A DNA stretch of 17,083 nt. It comes from an uncultured bacterium. GTDB taxonomy: Bacteria > JAJVIF01 > JAPKYR01. This document shows, piece by piece, positions 15,818 to 17,083 of the stretch; position 1 is the first letter of the stretch; each line of letters opens with the position of its first letter. Location of the stretch: assembly GCA_965369865.1 (NCBI GenBank), contig CBDURU010000082.1, positions 1-17,083 on the forward strand, in the 5' to 3' direction. A program made the translations under genes and the position numbers. The notes under the pieces were generated by a model. The model had not been told where the DNA came from. It was given only the letters and a program-made list of their open reading frames with translations, and ran no database searches.

Positions 15818-16996
15818 ATGACTACTCTTCCCGAAAACACAAATGGACCTTATTTAACAAAGTTGGAAATCCCGAAAGTTGTAGACCTGTCGGATATCAG
15901 CGTCCGGGACGGTCTTCAATCCCTGGAGACTATCGTATCGACCGACGATAAAGTCAGGTTCCTGGAGGGGCTTATCCTTACCGGTTTTAAAAGGGTTGAG
16001 GTGGCCAATTATGGGCATCCGAAACTTATGCCTTTGTTTAACGATATTGATGAAGTCTTCAAGCGCCTTCTAAACAGCGAGAAAGTCGGGCATTTGTTGA
16101 AGCAAAACAAAAGCGGTGAAGAAATTGAAAAAGGGGATTTTGTCGAATTAACGGCAATTACAATAACCAGGAAAGCTGTTGACAGGGCAATCGAAGCGCG
16201 TTTGAAAGGCCATGGTCCCGACAGGATACTTCAGATGGTCTCAACATGCGCAAAACATCATAAAGCAAATTCGGGAATGGAACTTGACGATCACTGGGAG
16301 ATGTCGGAGGCAAGCATCAAGGTTGCGCACGATGCCGGAATCCTGGTAAACGGCACTGTAAGCACTATCTGGGGAAGCCCGTTTAAGGACTTCGTTCCGT
16401 CGCTGGATAAGGCAATTGAAAATGTCAAAAGATACCTTGATATCGGCGCCGATGACATCGAGCATGCGGATCACGACGGGTCACTGACCGATTATAATGA
16501 CGCGTACAAGTATTTCAGCATGGTGACCGATCCGGAGATTATGGGTAAGGGTCCGGACGGGAGAGATTATTCCGATCCCAAACTGCATGTCGCTCATTTT
16601 CACACAAAGAACATGGACGAGGGATTAAGGAATGTAATAGCCGCGTTAAAGGCCGGGATAATTCGTTTCGAATCAGCATTGTCGGGAATCGGTGGGGAGC
16701 CGGCGAATAAGATCGACGGCGAGATGATCCCCGGGAGAAGGCCGTATTACTCGACTCATTTCAATCATGGACTTGTTTCAACTGAAGATGTTGTCGATAT
16801 AATGCACCGGCTGGATATTGAAACGGGGATTGACACGTCCCGACTTGACGATGTGTCAAAAGCCTTTAAGGAAAGGCTTGAGGAATTTAACGAAAGCCAG
16901 AGAAATCTGGATGAAGAAGAAATGCGCTGCCGTTCGTTCATGATTAACAACGGTGAACTGCCGGCATCGGTAACAGATTTATTGGAATCCGGATAG
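15818..16996 (+). CDS. HMG-CoA lyase-like / pyruvate carboxyltransferase-domain (DRE-TIM metallolyase) protein
   Basis: DISVRDGLQ, RVEV, metal-binding HFH, GIGG and VSTEDVV..M..L.IETGID. SD GAGGT precedes ATG 15818. Confidence 0.85.
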   Translation: MTTLPENTNGPYLTKLEIPKVVDLSDISVRDGLQSLETIVSTDDKVRFLEGLILTGFKRVEVANYGHPKLMPLFNDIDEVFKRLLNSEKVGHLLKQNKSGEEIEKGDFVELTAITITRKAVDRAIEARLKGHGPDRILQMVSTCAKHHKANSGMELDDHWEMSEASIKVAHDAGILVNGTVSTIWGSPFKDFVPSLDKAIENVKRYLDIGADDIEHADHDGSLTDYNDAYKYFSMVTDPEIMGKGPDGRDYSDPKLHVAHFHTKNMDEGLRNVIAALKAGIIRFESALSGIGGEPANKIDGEMIPGRRPYYSTHFNHGLVSTEDVVDIMHRLDIETGIDTSRLDDVSKAFKERLEEFNESQRNLDEEEMRCRSFMINNGELPASVTDLLESG

Positions 16997-16998
16997 AT

Positions 16999-17083
16999 GA
17001 AAAAACGATAAACTGTAGAACAGCACGGCAGTGCGTCGAAAGGATTGTTATAAGGTGGAAGACGCACTGCCGTGCTGTTCTAC
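16999..17083. repeat. Second GTAG-type REP doublet, inverted relative to the 14.3 kb copy
   Basis: 23-bp perfect arms 17015-17037 and 17061-17083 around a 23-nt spacer. Its reverse complement matches 14304-14418 apart from the 15-bp expansion and a few substitutions. Confidence 0.92.

Noticed and set aside
540..17067. Remaining overlapping ORFs in the track (for example 12192-12839, 10315-10788, 13626-14120, 14628-15107)
   Set aside because: Antisense or off-frame shadows of well-supported genes with no motifs of their own.

Overview
A bacterial chromosomal segment, mostly housekeeping and cell-envelope genes. It starts and ends inside palindromic repeats, so it may be a whole assembly contig. 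Left to right: a cluster of hairpin repeats (56-bp inverted pair plus 39-bp tandem derivatives), a 14-bp VNTR, an RHH antitoxin/RelE-ParE toxin pair with a perfect sigma70 promoter, an FAD-dependent amine oxidase family gene, a macrodomain gene, a 773-aa multidomain lipoprotein, trmL and a NUDIX hydrolase, then a + strand run (miaB, membrane protein, GT-C-like membrane protein, ruvC, ruvA, YfhO-family protein), a GT4 glycosyltransferase and an atypical HMG-CoA-lyase-like enzyme. Two GTAG-type REP doublets flank the last two genes. The most unusual observations are an exact 20-nt copy of toxin coding sequence abutting a covarying hairpin repeat, a macrodomain gene apparently starting at ATT, and a long structured leader before the lipoprotein. 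No transposase, integrase, cas gene, tRNA or rRNA was recognised. All protein calls come from motif recognition by eye, not database searches.
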